Origin: Paramecium tetraurelia
Lineage: Eukaryota
Assembly (NCBI GenBank): GCA_000165425.1
Contig: CT868656.1
Location: 248,001 to 312,000, forward strand
Length of the DNA: 64,000 nt
Direction of reading: 5' to 3'
Shown here piece by piece: positions 1 through 14,800 of this stretch. Positions within the stretch are counted from its first letter, which is position 1. The number at the start of each line of letters is the position of its first letter. The notes under the pieces are model-generated. The model saw nothing but the letters and a program-made list of their open reading frames with translations, was not told the DNA's origin and ran no database searches. Both the position numbers and the translations under genes were made by a program.

Positions 1-292
1 AAATAGATTTGGATATAGAAGCTAAAGCCACTATATTGTTTATGGCACTTAATCATCTGATAAATAATCACATATAGTTTCAAAGATTATATCAAAGATA
101 GTATTTTTTGAAGAAACAATAATTTTTGTTTATACCAAACTTTAAAGGATTTCGGAGTATACTTTATATTTTTCCTTGAATTAACACAAAATAAAGTAAC
201 TTCCTAAATGAATTATTTAATATCTTTGAAAATATCATTAATTGAATACAAATATGTTATTAAAAAATTTCACTTAATATAAAAGTAAACAT

Positions 293-2914
293 TCATAGTT
301 TGTACTATTTAATCACTCTTTGAATGGTTTATTTAGATATGGGTTTAACTATAAATTCTTGGATTCCTAATTTTTTACTTTACTCTTTTAGTTTATTTTC
401 ATCATATGCAGAAGTGATAAATATTTTCATCTATTGATTCGAATTTAAAATTTGAGTTGAAATTTGCATACCATTTAATCCTGGCATTTCCATATCCATA
501 AAGATGGCTGTATAACCTTAACAAGATTCTGAACATTTTTTGGATTTAATAATTTCTAGTGCATCAGCGCCATTAAAAGCTTTGTCAATTTAGGCATTAG
601 TGCTATTGTGGATATAGATGATTTTATTACTATTATTTTATTTGCATTTCCAATATTTCTTAATTAAATACATTGTCATCAACTATCAAAATATGTTTAC
701 ATCCTATTATGTTTTCTTAAATTAAATCGTGTACTATAATTGATTCCTAGAAACTCTAATTATCGCTACTGATAACTATTTAATATTATTGTTTTTCTTC
801 AGATCTTTTGCTATTGAGTTGAATTTCATTCAAGTCTGGAGAATAATCATCCTCCAAATTAATTTGTTCTGGCTTAACTATAAAACACTTATGATGTAGT
901 TATTGAATTTTTAAAGTTAAATAAAAGTAAGAACCGTGTTTTGCTTATGAAGTATCTTGAGAAACAACCTTCAATCCAGAGTTATCATATGACAATTATT
1001 AGGCTAGCTTATTACTAATCAGCAACCCCAATCCAACTCCCTACTCATTTAAATTTTCAGAAAGTCCTTCCTTAATCTTACCAAATGCTTTAAAAAGCTT
1101 AGATAAATTATGCTAGGATATTCCAACACCAGTATCTTCTACTCCAGCATTCACTAACAATCCTTACTGTACAAACTTGATTGATATAGCTCCTTTTTAA
1201 GTAAATTTGATAGCATTAGCAATAAGATTCACTAAGATTTGTTTAAGTCTATTTCTGTCTGTACTGATTAGTAAACATTTCACATTCGAAATAACTGTTA
1301 GCTTAATATTTTTCAGCTCAGCTTAAAGTTTAAACATCTACAGACACTCCTCTCCTAATTCAGTTAGATTAAAGGTCTTTTAGACTAAACTGAATTGATC
1401 TGCTTTTATTTATGCTAAATCAAGTAAATCATTAGCTAAATTTAACATATAGTAACAATTCTCCAAAACAATAGAAATATTCTAACAGATATAATCAAAG
1501 CTGTTTAGTTATTCTTTCAGTCTGCTTAATATATTGATAACTACATTTAATGGAGATCTAAACTCATGGCTAACGAAGGATAAAGTCTTGGATTTAGATT
1601 AATTTATTTGAAGGAGATCTTTAATGTTCTTTCTGTGGATAACATCTCTTGCAATTATGAACAGCAAATCTTCACTGCCTATCGAGATACTTATTTCTAT
1701 TGATCTTTTTTAATTTTCAATTTCAAAGCTTGTCTCAACAACAAGTATATTCATATTATCAGCAGTTTCTCTTCTAAATCTTTTTGTGCCATATACGTAT
1801 AACAGACATTTATATACAGTGTTAAGCTAAATCATTTAGGTAATAATACTTAACTAGTCAATGATCTAAATCTTGGAGATTGACTTTATTCAGTGTTTCT
1901 TAAAGTCATCTGTTAATCTTAGCAAAAATGTTTAAAAAAATTCAACTTAGATGATTTAAAATATTTAATTGATTGTTAATTAAGACTTTACAGTGAAAAT
2001 AAGGAATCTCTTGAATGAAGTGGTGATTCATCCATAAGAATCTCGCAAGACAACTTTTCAAAAAGCGTCAATAAATCATGGTTATTTTTTTGGAAAATTT
2101 TTTTGCTAATTTAATTTTAATATTCAATTTTAGGTTTTGAATTAGCATCAATTTTTTCAAATTAGACTATTATTACACCCTCAGAGAGAACATCAAATAA
2201 TGAACTATAATCTATTGTGGAGAGAGTCTCGTTTATCTTAATCTTTTACTGCTTGTCTGAGCTTATAAAACTCAAATCCCTAATTATAGTTCTTTTTGGA
2301 TTTATTTAATTTGAAGATTAGCGGAGAGTTGTATTTTATAATGCCTCGACCATTGTATCTTGAAAGGCATTGTTGCTCTATTAATAACGCCTTCCCTCCT
2401 AAATTATGTTTTTTTAAGGGAGTAACCACAATAAAAGTAGCATATATAATTTTTGATTTGCAATAGCAATGTATTTTTAATTAAATTCATTAGAATAGCT
2501 ACTATTTAAATTCAATTAATATGAAAAACTCAAAAGAAGTATTATTTAAAAAAAAATCATAATTGCTTTCCACATCTTACTATTTGCCATTTTAATCTTA
2601 AGATTTGTGTAATTATGAGCGATAACAATATAAAAATAATTCTGATAAACATTCTCTATACCAAACATTAATGATTCTACTTAAAATAAAATTAAATCCA
2701 TTAATATGAGAGCTAACTATAATTCAGTTGTAAAAAATGTCTTCTTGAAGCATAATAATTCTAATGCTATCTAAACTAACAGATTAATCATCAAAAAATT
2801 AACAAATTGATTTCCAAAATCCTGATATTATATTATCATCCTGATAAATTGAAATATCAAAGAAATAATCATTGAAATTTATAGTTTGCGAGAGCTTAAT
2901 TAGGTTTCTAGCAT
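293..2914 (-). CDS. Hybrid sensor histidine kinase (hydrophobic N-terminus, HisKA, HATPase_c, C-terminal receiver)
   Basis: Ciliate-code translation gives H-box SFVSHEFRSPLN, N-box QILVNLIANAIKFT, G1 VEDTGVGI, G2 GVGLGL, and receiver motifs ILIVDDN, IFMDMEMPGLNG and VKPISK. TGA at 293-295; start at 2914 is tentative and intron structure is unresolved. Confidence 0.9.
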
Positions 2915-4108
2915 AGTCAAATTTAAATAGTTTAATATATATATAAGAAATTAAAATTTATTTTTCCATCTAATGCATCAAATTCATTTGAGATGAAAAA
3001 TTAATTTTAAGGCCATCTAATTGGTGGTCCTAGAACTTAGAATGAAATTTATTAATTGTTTTTACACCATAAATTAATAAACTAAAGCTATTATTAAATA
3101 TCATTGAAATTCTTCTATTTTTCCCTCCATTGCTCTAGAAACTATTAAATATAACATTATAATTTATTGTAATAACATATCATTTATATAAATTTCAACT
3201 TACCAATACGTAAGATATTAAACTGATGTATATCATTTATGAAATGATACCTGATTCTGTACTCTCACATTTATTGAAAGACTTACAAATATTAATATTT
3301 CTATCTGCACAGCCTTCACATTTCAATTCAATATTCAGAGTGAAAATATAAAAGTTTTCAAACTAATTGTTTCCAATTATATTTTTAATTATTATTTAAT
3401 CAATCTTTAATAAACCTGGCATTTAGATACTGATAATATTAGATACGTTATTTTTAGGAATAAAATCAACAATCATTCATATTGTGTTGTAGCTTAGCTT
3501 AATAATTGAGTTAAGGATAATTGATTCCAAAAAAATTGAAATTTTTTTAATTTTTAAGAAATTATTTTTTCACCTTTTTTAATATATTAAGTTTAGTAAT
3601 TATTAATAGAGCCATTTTCAAAGTTGGAAGTTTTTTCTAACATATTTTAATTTGAGTGAAATTTATTTTGTAACATATAATCTTATTTATAATCCATATA
3701 ATTCACATTTTTGTAGAATAGTTAAGGCATTATTCATCCTCTATTTTACCTAATTAGTTGGTTCTTAAATAATGGATTGAGCTTTTATTAATGAAGATCA
3801 ATACTCTTTTCAATAAATTGAGTTGAAATTGACTATGAAGACAATAATAAATTTTTAAATCCTTTATCTCTAAGCTTATTGGAAATTCGATTAATTCTAG
3901 TTCGTCAACATTGATTCAAGTCCTTTCTTTGTTAATAGTAATATAGTCGCAATAGGAGTTCAATTCACAGGAATTAAAAATTTGCAAAAATAAAAATATT
4001 ACTTAAATTTGAATATAATTATACTTAATTTAAATTCTCAATATGATGGCATATTATCATTCTATTTTATTCATTTATATTTATAAAGCATTATTGAATA
4101 AATCAAAA

Positions 4109-5116
4109 TCAACATGGTAAGATGTTATTTAGCTCTTTTTTTTGCTTGATAAGCTCTGTGTTTTTATTGACCATTTCCCTGACTTTTTTTGACTTTGGAT
4201 GGGAAAGATCTCCTAACTGAAGTGACCAATTTTATTGATCTATTGGTTAGGGATCATCATTAAAATAAGAATACAGCTTATCCTTAATTTAAGATGGCTT
4301 TATTGGAAGACTAACCAATTCAGGTTCTTAAATTTGTGTTTGGTTGGCTTCATTTGATGTTTGCTATTGCGGAAGCTGTTCGACTTAATCAAAATCATTT
4401 TTAATCAAATCAGTGAATTACTATTAGGCAGCAGCCTCCAAATATTTATCTAAGACTGGATCAGATCTAATGTCTTGTCCTTATTCCAATGTATCTGGAA
4501 GAGTTGATTATTGACTCTAAGATTCAATTTCCAATTTTAAATGGCAAAGAGATGTGCTTTTGGAGATGGCTAAGTTATACTTTGATGGGTCCTTGATAAT
4601 TATATATGCTTAATTACTTTAATTCTCCTTAGCATTCTTTATTGGACTCTGTGATCTTGCATCTTAAAATCATCAGCAATCATATTTTCTCTCTTGATTT
4701 TTTCATCAATAGCAGCAGTCATCAGCTATTAGACTTATTTATTGCTATCCATTTGTTAAATGAATTATATGTTGTTTTTGATTTACTCCTTTTGCACATG
4801 CTATTATTAAATTTATTTAGATTCTTATTTTCCTTCTGCTCCAAACATTTTATTCACATAGGGTTTAATTAACAGAGCTTGAATTTTGTTGGTAAATACA
4901 GTATATCTTTCTGACTTAATTGAAGAATAGTGTTCTACGGCTTACTAGATTAATAGATCAGATTACACTATATAATCCTAATAGCTCTTAAATTTCTTCT
5001 TTTGAAGCAGCATTAGATTCAACATCTAACTCTAAGTTTAGGACTTTCTCTGCGAAATTTGCTGGAAGTTTAGGCTATTATACTGGCTGTTAAGGTTTAT
5101 TAAATAACCAAGACAT
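4109..5116 (-). CDS. Hypothetical Gln/Lys-rich coiled-coil protein
   Basis: MSWLFNKPQQPVQQPKLPANFAEKVLNLELDVE...AVEHYSSIKSERY; long open frame with a short intron near 4950-4972; 3' end approximate. Confidence 0.65.
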
Positions 5117-5132
5117 AAAATATAAAATTTAA

Positions 5133-6967
<1,835 letters not shown>

Positions 6968-7018
6968 ATTATAATAATAATTTTAATAAATAATTGAAAC
7001 ATCATGATTGTTAATAAT

Positions 7019-7693
7019 TCACCCCATCATTGATTTCCTTAAATATTTCATTGAAAAACTCTTCTTTAATGCATGTGCTGCCCTGAGATCCATCTATTTC
7101 GGTGTTTAAGTGGGTGTTATTTTAGATTTAATCTGAGACTCCCTTCTCATTTGATCCTAAGTTCGCTTCTCTTTCATCTGGTCTTTCCATTACACATTTC
7201 TTTCGTACATAGGTTTTCTTCTATCGAATATATCTTGAGTCGTTTTGAGAATTTTGGGTGAGAAAGTGCATTCCATTAATTCTTATTCAAGTCTCATAGC
7301 TTGTGAATCCATATTCAAAGCACCTTCCTTATTCATATTTCTTGTAGAATGATTCAATTAAGAAACATTGAATCTAGCAGATAGTAGACGAGATGTTTAT
7401 GATAATTAAGGTTGAAAAGTGCATTTCTTTTTGAATTCCTCTTCCAATTTAAGTGACAAATAGTCTTATTTCTCTTGTTTATGCTTTAAAAAATTTATTC
7501 CTGATTGATACATATCACTATTTGGACGAACTCTATGTGATTGAATTTCGTTTTAACTTATTAATTCAGATTCTGAAAAGTATTTTTATTTGATATATTT
7601 TTATTTATTCAATGAAGATATGGTGTGTTTCTCATGAAAGTTGGATGTAGACAACAAGCTTAGGCTAGCTTCATCATAAATATTAATATTCAT
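7019..7693 (-). CDS. Hypothetical protein with two CTFxP motifs
   Basis: MNINIYDEASLSLL... with KKKCTFQPQL and ELMECTFSPKI repeats; intron/frame structure in the middle not fully resolved. Confidence 0.5.
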
Positions 7694-8313
7694 TAATTAA
7701 AATATTATATAAAACAGTTAATTAATTTATCATAATAAACCTACGAATTCATAACAAAAATTATACTTTGTGAATCATTTATTTAGTAGATTTATCCATT
7801 ACTAAATTGAAATCAAAAATGCATATATAATATCAAATACTAGGTGTGATATATAGGGTAGATTCTCTTTTTGTATTTCTATTATTGTTGTTTTATTGTT
7901 CTCTTTGTGTATCTCATAAGTTGCGAAATAGAATTCAAATAAGATATTGATTAGACTTTAGCACAATTCTGATTCCGAAAGGTTTTCATAAGGATTGTTC
8001 TTTAGTAAAGGTTTTCTTCATTGGATCTAGAAAGAGAGAAGTTTTTGATTGTAAATAGTATTAATAAAATTGTCTAACTGATTATTAGATAAATATTTTA
8101 TTGATAAATTTACTAGTAAGTGTATTGAATTTAATAACGAATTTTTATTTTAAAACAGGTATGTGTAGTGTGATTCAATCGAATTGATTGTGCTAAAATG
8201 AAGGTTTTAATTAATTAAGATTAATGACGATTGCTTAATATAAATATTTGGTTTCTTAATTGAGTTGTATTATGAATAATTATATATATTAAATCAAAAA
8301 AAAAAAAGAATAA

Positions 8314-9670
8314 ATGACAACTACTCTTCCTTTTATATCGAAGAATAAGAACTAGTAATGATTCTTTATCATAGTAGTGTGGAAATGAAAGCGGTAACTT
8401 GGTAAAAGGACTCTCACGGACTATTTGACTATGAAACAAAATCTTTAAGCGTTAAAAAGCATAGGGTCGAGGGATCGTGCAAAGTCTGCAGAGAAGGTTT
8501 CGCATATCAAAATATAATTTAGAAAATGAAATAGTTATTTAAGAAGGCAAAAATAAGGATGAAGCACTCTAAGCTCTAACATCCATATAAGCCCAAGGAG
8601 GTAATATTATAAAAATATTTCTTAGACTAATATTTTATACAACCAAGCCAAAGCACAACAGAAAATGACAATTACTTGATTGTTCGTAGTTTAAAAAATG
8701 CCGATGGTGTGTAGAAGGTACAAATCTATTTTACATGATAGGGTTACACATTACAAGAGGGTGACTTGTTGAAATTGGGCAGAGTGGAGTATCATGTTAT
8801 TGAGATAAGAGATGCCAAAGGATAAATAAGATCAGTGAAGGACGTTTTCTAATCAGAAGCCAAAATTGCTCCACCTTTGGAAGGTGGTGTTGCCAAATAA
8901 TGCAAAATTTGTTTAATTGAAGAGGAGACTCCCGAAGATCCCTTCATCACACCATGCAGATGCAATGGAAGTTGTGCTTATGTACATTTCAATTGTCTCA
9001 AACACTGGCTCGATAGCAGAGGGTATAAAAAAGAGTCTGGTAACACAATTTCTTACAAATGGAAAAAGTAATCTCAATCAATTCTAAAATTGTAGATTAG
9101 AATGCGAGGTTTGTTAGGAATTGCTGCCTTAATAAATTAGATTTAAAGGGAAGGTACTCGATTTAGCATCCTTGGAAAGACCAAATTAACCGTATATTAT
9201 ATTGGAAAATACACAAATTTCTGAAAAGGACAAGAAGGCTCAAAGAGGAATTTACTTGATAAAAGGGACACCAGATGACTAAGTTAAATTGGGTCGTGGT
9301 CATCAATGTGAAATTCGTATATCAGATATCTCAGTGTCAAGACTCCATGCATTTATTAAATATGAAAAAGGCAATTTTGTTATAGTTGACAACAACAGTA
9401 AGTTTGGTACCTTAGTTCGATTATCAACACCATATCTTATCTGTATGGATAAAATTGCAATTCAAGTATGAATACTCAATAGAAATCTAGGTTGGAAGAA
9501 CAGTGTTAACTTTTGTTATGAAATCTTTTTCAAGTCTAAATGCAAATACTCATGCTGCAATTACAGCTCTACACAATGGAGAATAAGGCAAACTCAATTT
9601 TTAACCTGGCATTAATAAGACACAAAGCATAAATAGCCAAAAAAAACATGACAAACACTCTGGATTATGA
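8314..9670 (+). CDS. RING-CH (RINGv) plus FHA domain protein, putative E3 ubiquitin ligase
   Basis: TWQKDSHGLFDYE; RINGv CKICL...PCRCNGSCAYVHFNCLKHW...CEVC; FHA LGRGHQCEIRISDISVSRLHA...SKFGT; introns e.g. 9068-9095. Confidence 0.9.
9068..9095 (+). other. Representative 28-nt spliceosomal micro-intron
   Basis: GTAATC...TGTAG; removal restores WKKLECEVC in the RINGv domain. Similar 20-30 nt introns occur throughout the window. Confidence 0.85.
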
Positions 9671-10399
9671 ATTTTATGTTAAATACAATCTACAAATACA
9701 CTATATAAAATCAATAATAACACTTCATTCTATAATCCATTATTAATCAAATGATTTATCAATGAGTAATTAAACATTATTCACTGTTTATCTATTAATC
9801 TCTTGTCCCTAATTGATAGTTCAGTTGATCAAATAGCAACACTTAAACCAATTATTCTAAAATTTAAGTCGGTATGGAATATTTAAAAGAAATCATAAGT
9901 TAAGGGTTTGCCTCATATTAATAGTTACCTTTATGTTAATTTCTTAATCCTTTAAAAGGTAATATGATAAATATAAATAATTTTAAGCCTCACATCTAAT
10001 GAGATATTAGAATCTCTTATTTATAGATATATAATTTAAGTGTATCAGATTCAACAATAAAAAGACTGAATACTATTTAATTAACATTTTCATAAAACAG
10101 ATTTATAAATATAAAACTAAATAAGAGATTAAAATGAATGAGAATAGGTGCATCGTAAAGAGGGTCATGTATATAAGGGAATGCTTAAATCTTCTTAAAT
10201 TCAACTATATCATCTAAATTATTAGTAAATCAGTTAAATTATATCTTATTAAAATCTTTAACTTTAGATACTAATCAAATATAACCTATTAGATTAAATA
10301 AACAAAAAATCAAACCATTAATCCTTTATTAAATTTCTAATTATGGAATCGCTCATATTTACTATTATATACTAATAAAATCATACAAGATAAACAATG

Positions 10400-11411
10400 A
10401 AATGTAATAGCTATTCAAACATTATCTGGGAATATGTCTCCATTAATGTGCAAAAATGTAAGAGAATTAGAAATTGCTACAATTATTCATTACTACTATA
10501 AATTGCTCGAATATTTAGCATTTAATAACTAATTTTAACGAATATATATATAAAATTAAATTGCCAAAAATTAATGCAAGAAATTGACTTGTTAAGGTTA
10601 CATAGAGAAACCCTGAAGTATTTGGAAATCGAGAGTATCTTTAAGCGATTGACACAAACTTTTATTAATAAAATTTACAATCTTATTAGAGATATCTTTG
10701 CAGAGGAGCATAAATTCACCATATAAGTATATTCTTAACTGAAAATAGGAATTACTCAAAATGGCCAACCAAAAAGAAATTCCTCTCAAAGAATTCAAAT
10801 TGGTCGAGCATTACAAGCTTAATTCACAAATATTCAAGACCAATTTATAAACTATTTGTTCTATAGTTATAGATGATCTCTAAAACACATTCAATAAATA
10901 AATTATTATTGAAGAAAGATCTATTCTGGAGCCCAAACTACTCACTTAAATTGATGAAGAATCCCAAATCTGCTTTACTGAAAATTATAATGAAATATCC
11001 CAAGAGTACTCGAAAACACACAGAGATGATATTAAAACAGAGGAAGCTCCATTAGTGAATCAAGAATCTAAATAAGTCTAGAAAGTTCCATTGGCTAAAT
11101 TATTGTCATTTGACAAGATTACTAGTTTATCAGTAGCCAATTCCCCAAGGCATTCTAGAGAAAATAGTTTAACTACCCACACCTTTAGATAATCTAACAA
11201 GCCAATATAGCAATTGATGTTAAATTCTAACAATGGATCAAAAAAATAGACAGTGACACAATTAGCCAAAAATAAAAGTTTAGAATTAAAGTCCATTGCT
11301 GAAACCTTGATAGCTTAAAGTAAGATCAGTCCAAAAGGAAATCAAACGATTATTTTTAACAATTTGATGTCAAAAATGAATAATCTGAAGGAAAATACAT
11401 TAAAACCATGA
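10400..11411 (+). CDS. Hypothetical protein (5' end uncertain)
   Basis: Open frames such as RETLKYLEIESIFKRLTQTFINKIY and a C-terminus ...NLMSKMNNLKENTLKP-TGA at 11409-11411; no recognisable domain. Confidence 0.4.
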
Positions 11412-11453
11412 GATAATTATTTACTATAATATAATAATGACTAAAAAGTATTT

Positions 11454-12697
11454 TCACCATTAAAAATTATTCTCATTTTTAACATGCTTAAATTATGTTA
11501 AATAAATCTCCTGTTCATTCTGATATTAGTTGTCTATCTGAACCTTCTGAGATATCATTATCTCTTTTAATTTTGGTATCTATAATAACAAATTTAAATT
11601 ACTAGATCAATAGCTTTTTCAGTATTTTTTTATATTTAAATTTATCCACCTCCATTTAGACAACCTAAGGGACAAGCCATGATTTCAACATATTTATATT
11701 TACAAGTTTTTGTTTTGATTTATGAAACCAAATTAGCAATGTTCTTTAAACCAAAGACCCTAGCATAAATGCCTTATGATTCCATATTTTCATTGTAGAT
11801 CGTAATTTCAATAAAATCTTTGTTCTTTCTAATATTATATTTGACTGTCCAATTAGGCATCATAACACTTTTTATTATATAATCTAAATAATTATTTGAT
11901 GATGTGTTATGGTATTCTTAATCTTAGATTGCCATTGTTTAGAGTTGAACTTATTGAGGAATAATATTTGCTTTCTGAATGTAATCCTTAACAAATTACT
12001 CGATTTCCCTCGAACTCAAAACTATATTGATGTCTTCATTATTCTCTTGTCTAACAGCTTCAAGTTTTTTATCATAACATGGCATTATTGTAGCAAGATA
12101 ATCATGGTTTTTCTTTTGAATTGCTCCAAAAATTTATTAAGGACTCTTCACTTTGCTCATATGATTAATTATTGATTCATCTAAGGTCTTTTCAGCGTAA
12201 CATACCCATCCTGGACATTCTGAACAAAGTAATGGAGTTAAGTTTGTTTCTTTAAACTCTTTAATTGAGTTATTAATTGCTATTTTCGTGTATTCTGCCA
12301 AGTCATACAATTTAACATTCATTTCCTGAAATATTTAGTGTAAAATAGAGTGCATTTCTGAATCCGTGTAATTCAACACATAAGATAGGGAAGCTCTTGC
12401 CTAAGGACTTATTCCAATTGCAGGATTTTAATATTTCTTAATTGCTTATAAAAACTCTTCGAGACTTTAAGTTTGGATCAGTATAGTTTCTGCAGTAGTT
12501 ACACATCCACTACATGCAAGACAGTCTTGTAAGGATACTTTAGCAACATTATTCTGATTTTTAATCAAATTAGGTTTTAGTTAAATGGAAGGGTCATCAA
12601 GTTGAAGCTTAACATTTCTCATTAGAGGTTTTACGCATTCTTGACTTGGTACAATGTAGTCACTAACAGAGGAAATTTTGATTGTGGAAGAAAACAT
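11454..12697 (-). CDS. NAR1: Cytosolic Fe-S cluster assembly factor Nar1/NARFL (Fe-hydrogenase-like)
   Basis: MFSSTIKISSVSDYIVPSQECVKP, AKVSLQDCLACSGCVTTAE, LCSECPGWVCYAEK, IMPCYDKKLEA, YVEIMACPLGCLNGGG; ends in W-stop. Confidence 0.95.
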
Positions 12698-12780
12698 TGG
12701 TTATGTGATTTATTAATTAATGGTTTAGAATGAAAGAATATAATATATTAAATACAATTGTTAGATAGGTATAATTTCAT

Positions 12781-14800
12781 TCAGAAATTTTGTTAATTGG
12801 CTCTTTAGTTCCTACAAATAGCTAAGATATCAATAATTAATTAATACCACATCCTAAGGCTTGTTCTTCTCCATTTGGTTTATGCTCCATTTTGATAGGA
12901 CATTTGTCCTTACCAGGACATTTGGGGAGTTTCTCTTTAGGTATTTTGGATACATAATCTCCATTACATTATCTCTTATGACAATCTTCACAAAAGTGAG
13001 TTGTACCCCTTTTAGATACATGAATATGTATACCAGCAGAACCACACAGCTATTTAACAACAAAACTTGCATTTGAATTCAATATATTCCTTTCCATGAA
13101 TTTAACATGTTTCTCCAACTGGTACATCACAACAATTGGCACAAATCAATTCTTCAGGTTTATATTATTTATCTCCTTCTTCTAATGCTCTTTGACAATC
13201 TTTGGCTCCTCCAAAATAAGGGGTCTTGCATTTAAAGCATTAATAATAACAATAGATAGCCATAGCATACTCTTGGGGTTTGCCATAAAATTGTTCCCCC
13301 ACTTTATTGAGCTTCTCATCTTTATCTCTGTTTTCATATTTCAATCTATCAAGTGATTTCTTCATGACATCTTAAAAGAGTAAATAATATTAATTCACGA
13401 GGTTCTAAGGTTAGGATGGTTAGAATTCTAACCAAGAATTACAGAGAGGACACAAACAAAACTTGAATACTATTCTTGGTCCATTCCATTTCACATCCAA
13501 TCTTTTAAGTATACAAGTGTAATGAAAGATCTATTATTATAAATATTGAATACATGGCCACACTTTGATTGGATGACAGGAGCATTCTTTAAACCCTCAA
13601 CAAAGCAAATATTACAATAGTCGTCTCCTTTTTAATCTCCTTTGCAACATTAATCATTTAAACATGTTGAACATATCTATTCATTTTTGAATCCTGGACA
13701 AGGATGTCTACAAGCTAACATTTTATTGCAAGCAAATTAGGCTTTCTCTTAGCATTCCTTTTCCTAACAAATGTCTTATAAGGCTTCGGGCATATGCAAT
13801 TGAACATTATGTATAAGTTAATCACAATATCTACAACATCTAAAATGTATTGCAAATAAAAATTACTTGGATGCTTTCTTTATTTTGTACTCTTCACAAG
13901 TCATACCTAAATGATATGGAACTGCTTTGCATTCTTTACATTGTTCTGTTCTACATTTTTAATTGAAACACATAAATCTATTATTAAGATAATGTTCCAC
14001 ATATTTTCTAAAATTGTTAATGATTAAAATACGGTTATAATTATTAGTTTGTGACAGGATCTTTTAAAGTTGTAATATGACTTCCTTTCTCAAAAGCACC
14101 CTATTCGGAACAAGCCGAACATTTTACAATGTTGAATTGTCTTTCTACCATAATAGTTGCATATTAATCATGTTTTTCTCTACCAAGCAATTGCTTAAAT
14201 AACATTAATAATTACTATCAATTCTTATTCTGCCATTACTTTTTTGCATAGCTAATTTGGACAGAAAAATGCTGTACTATTTTTTGAGTCCTTTTCTATC
14301 TATTTCATTAAACAAGGTCTGCAGATAGGTGTAAAGCAATGTTCAAAATATGTAATTATGTCTGCATGAACTTACCTTCCACAAACTTTACATTCTTCCA
14401 ACTTTTATAATTGTTACATGGATTTGAAAATGTCAACCTCATTTTATTTTTGTGCAAATGGAGGCTGCTAATTTATTTGACTATTGTTTCTCTATTAAAT
14501 TTAAGATCCATTTCCAAATTGAGGGGGCTTTTATATAAATGAGGAGGCTTATCTATCCTCCCCTGCCTTTATTAAAGCATCTACTTTTTCGATGAAAACG
14601 TAGAACTCGCTCTTTAAAGCAAACAAATGCTGTCTTTGCATTCTCTCAACCTAGAGTTGTTCAAACTTTTGGAAAAAAGGAGACGATTGTCTATAAACTT
14701 AGCATCTTCTGATATGGTCTGTCATACTCTATTGATTTAAAAGAACCGATTCTGAACAAAAACAGACAAAATTGATTTAAGATGCAAAAGGTTGATCCAT
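12781..14800 (-). CDS. MYCBP2/PHR-type RING-Cys-relay E3 ligase (C-terminal RING plus tandem-cysteine module) with N-terminal Zn-finger/IBR-like region
   Basis: CNICFVEGLKNAPVIQSKCG.IFHYTC...[90 protein letters not shown]. These match the recalled MYCBP2 C-terminus. Confidence 0.88.

Noticed and set aside
1..290. Minus-strand open frame running off the window start
   Set aside because: No clear start codon or recognisable motif; cannot be supported.
7818..8200. Roughly 125-codon open frames on both strands between two genes
   Set aside because: With only TGA as stop in AT-rich DNA such frames arise by chance; no motif, and strand cannot be decided.
9671..10400. Possible extra gene or 5' exons between the RING/FHA gene and the next hypothetical gene
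   Set aside because: Frames are interrupted and no consistent exon structure could be built.
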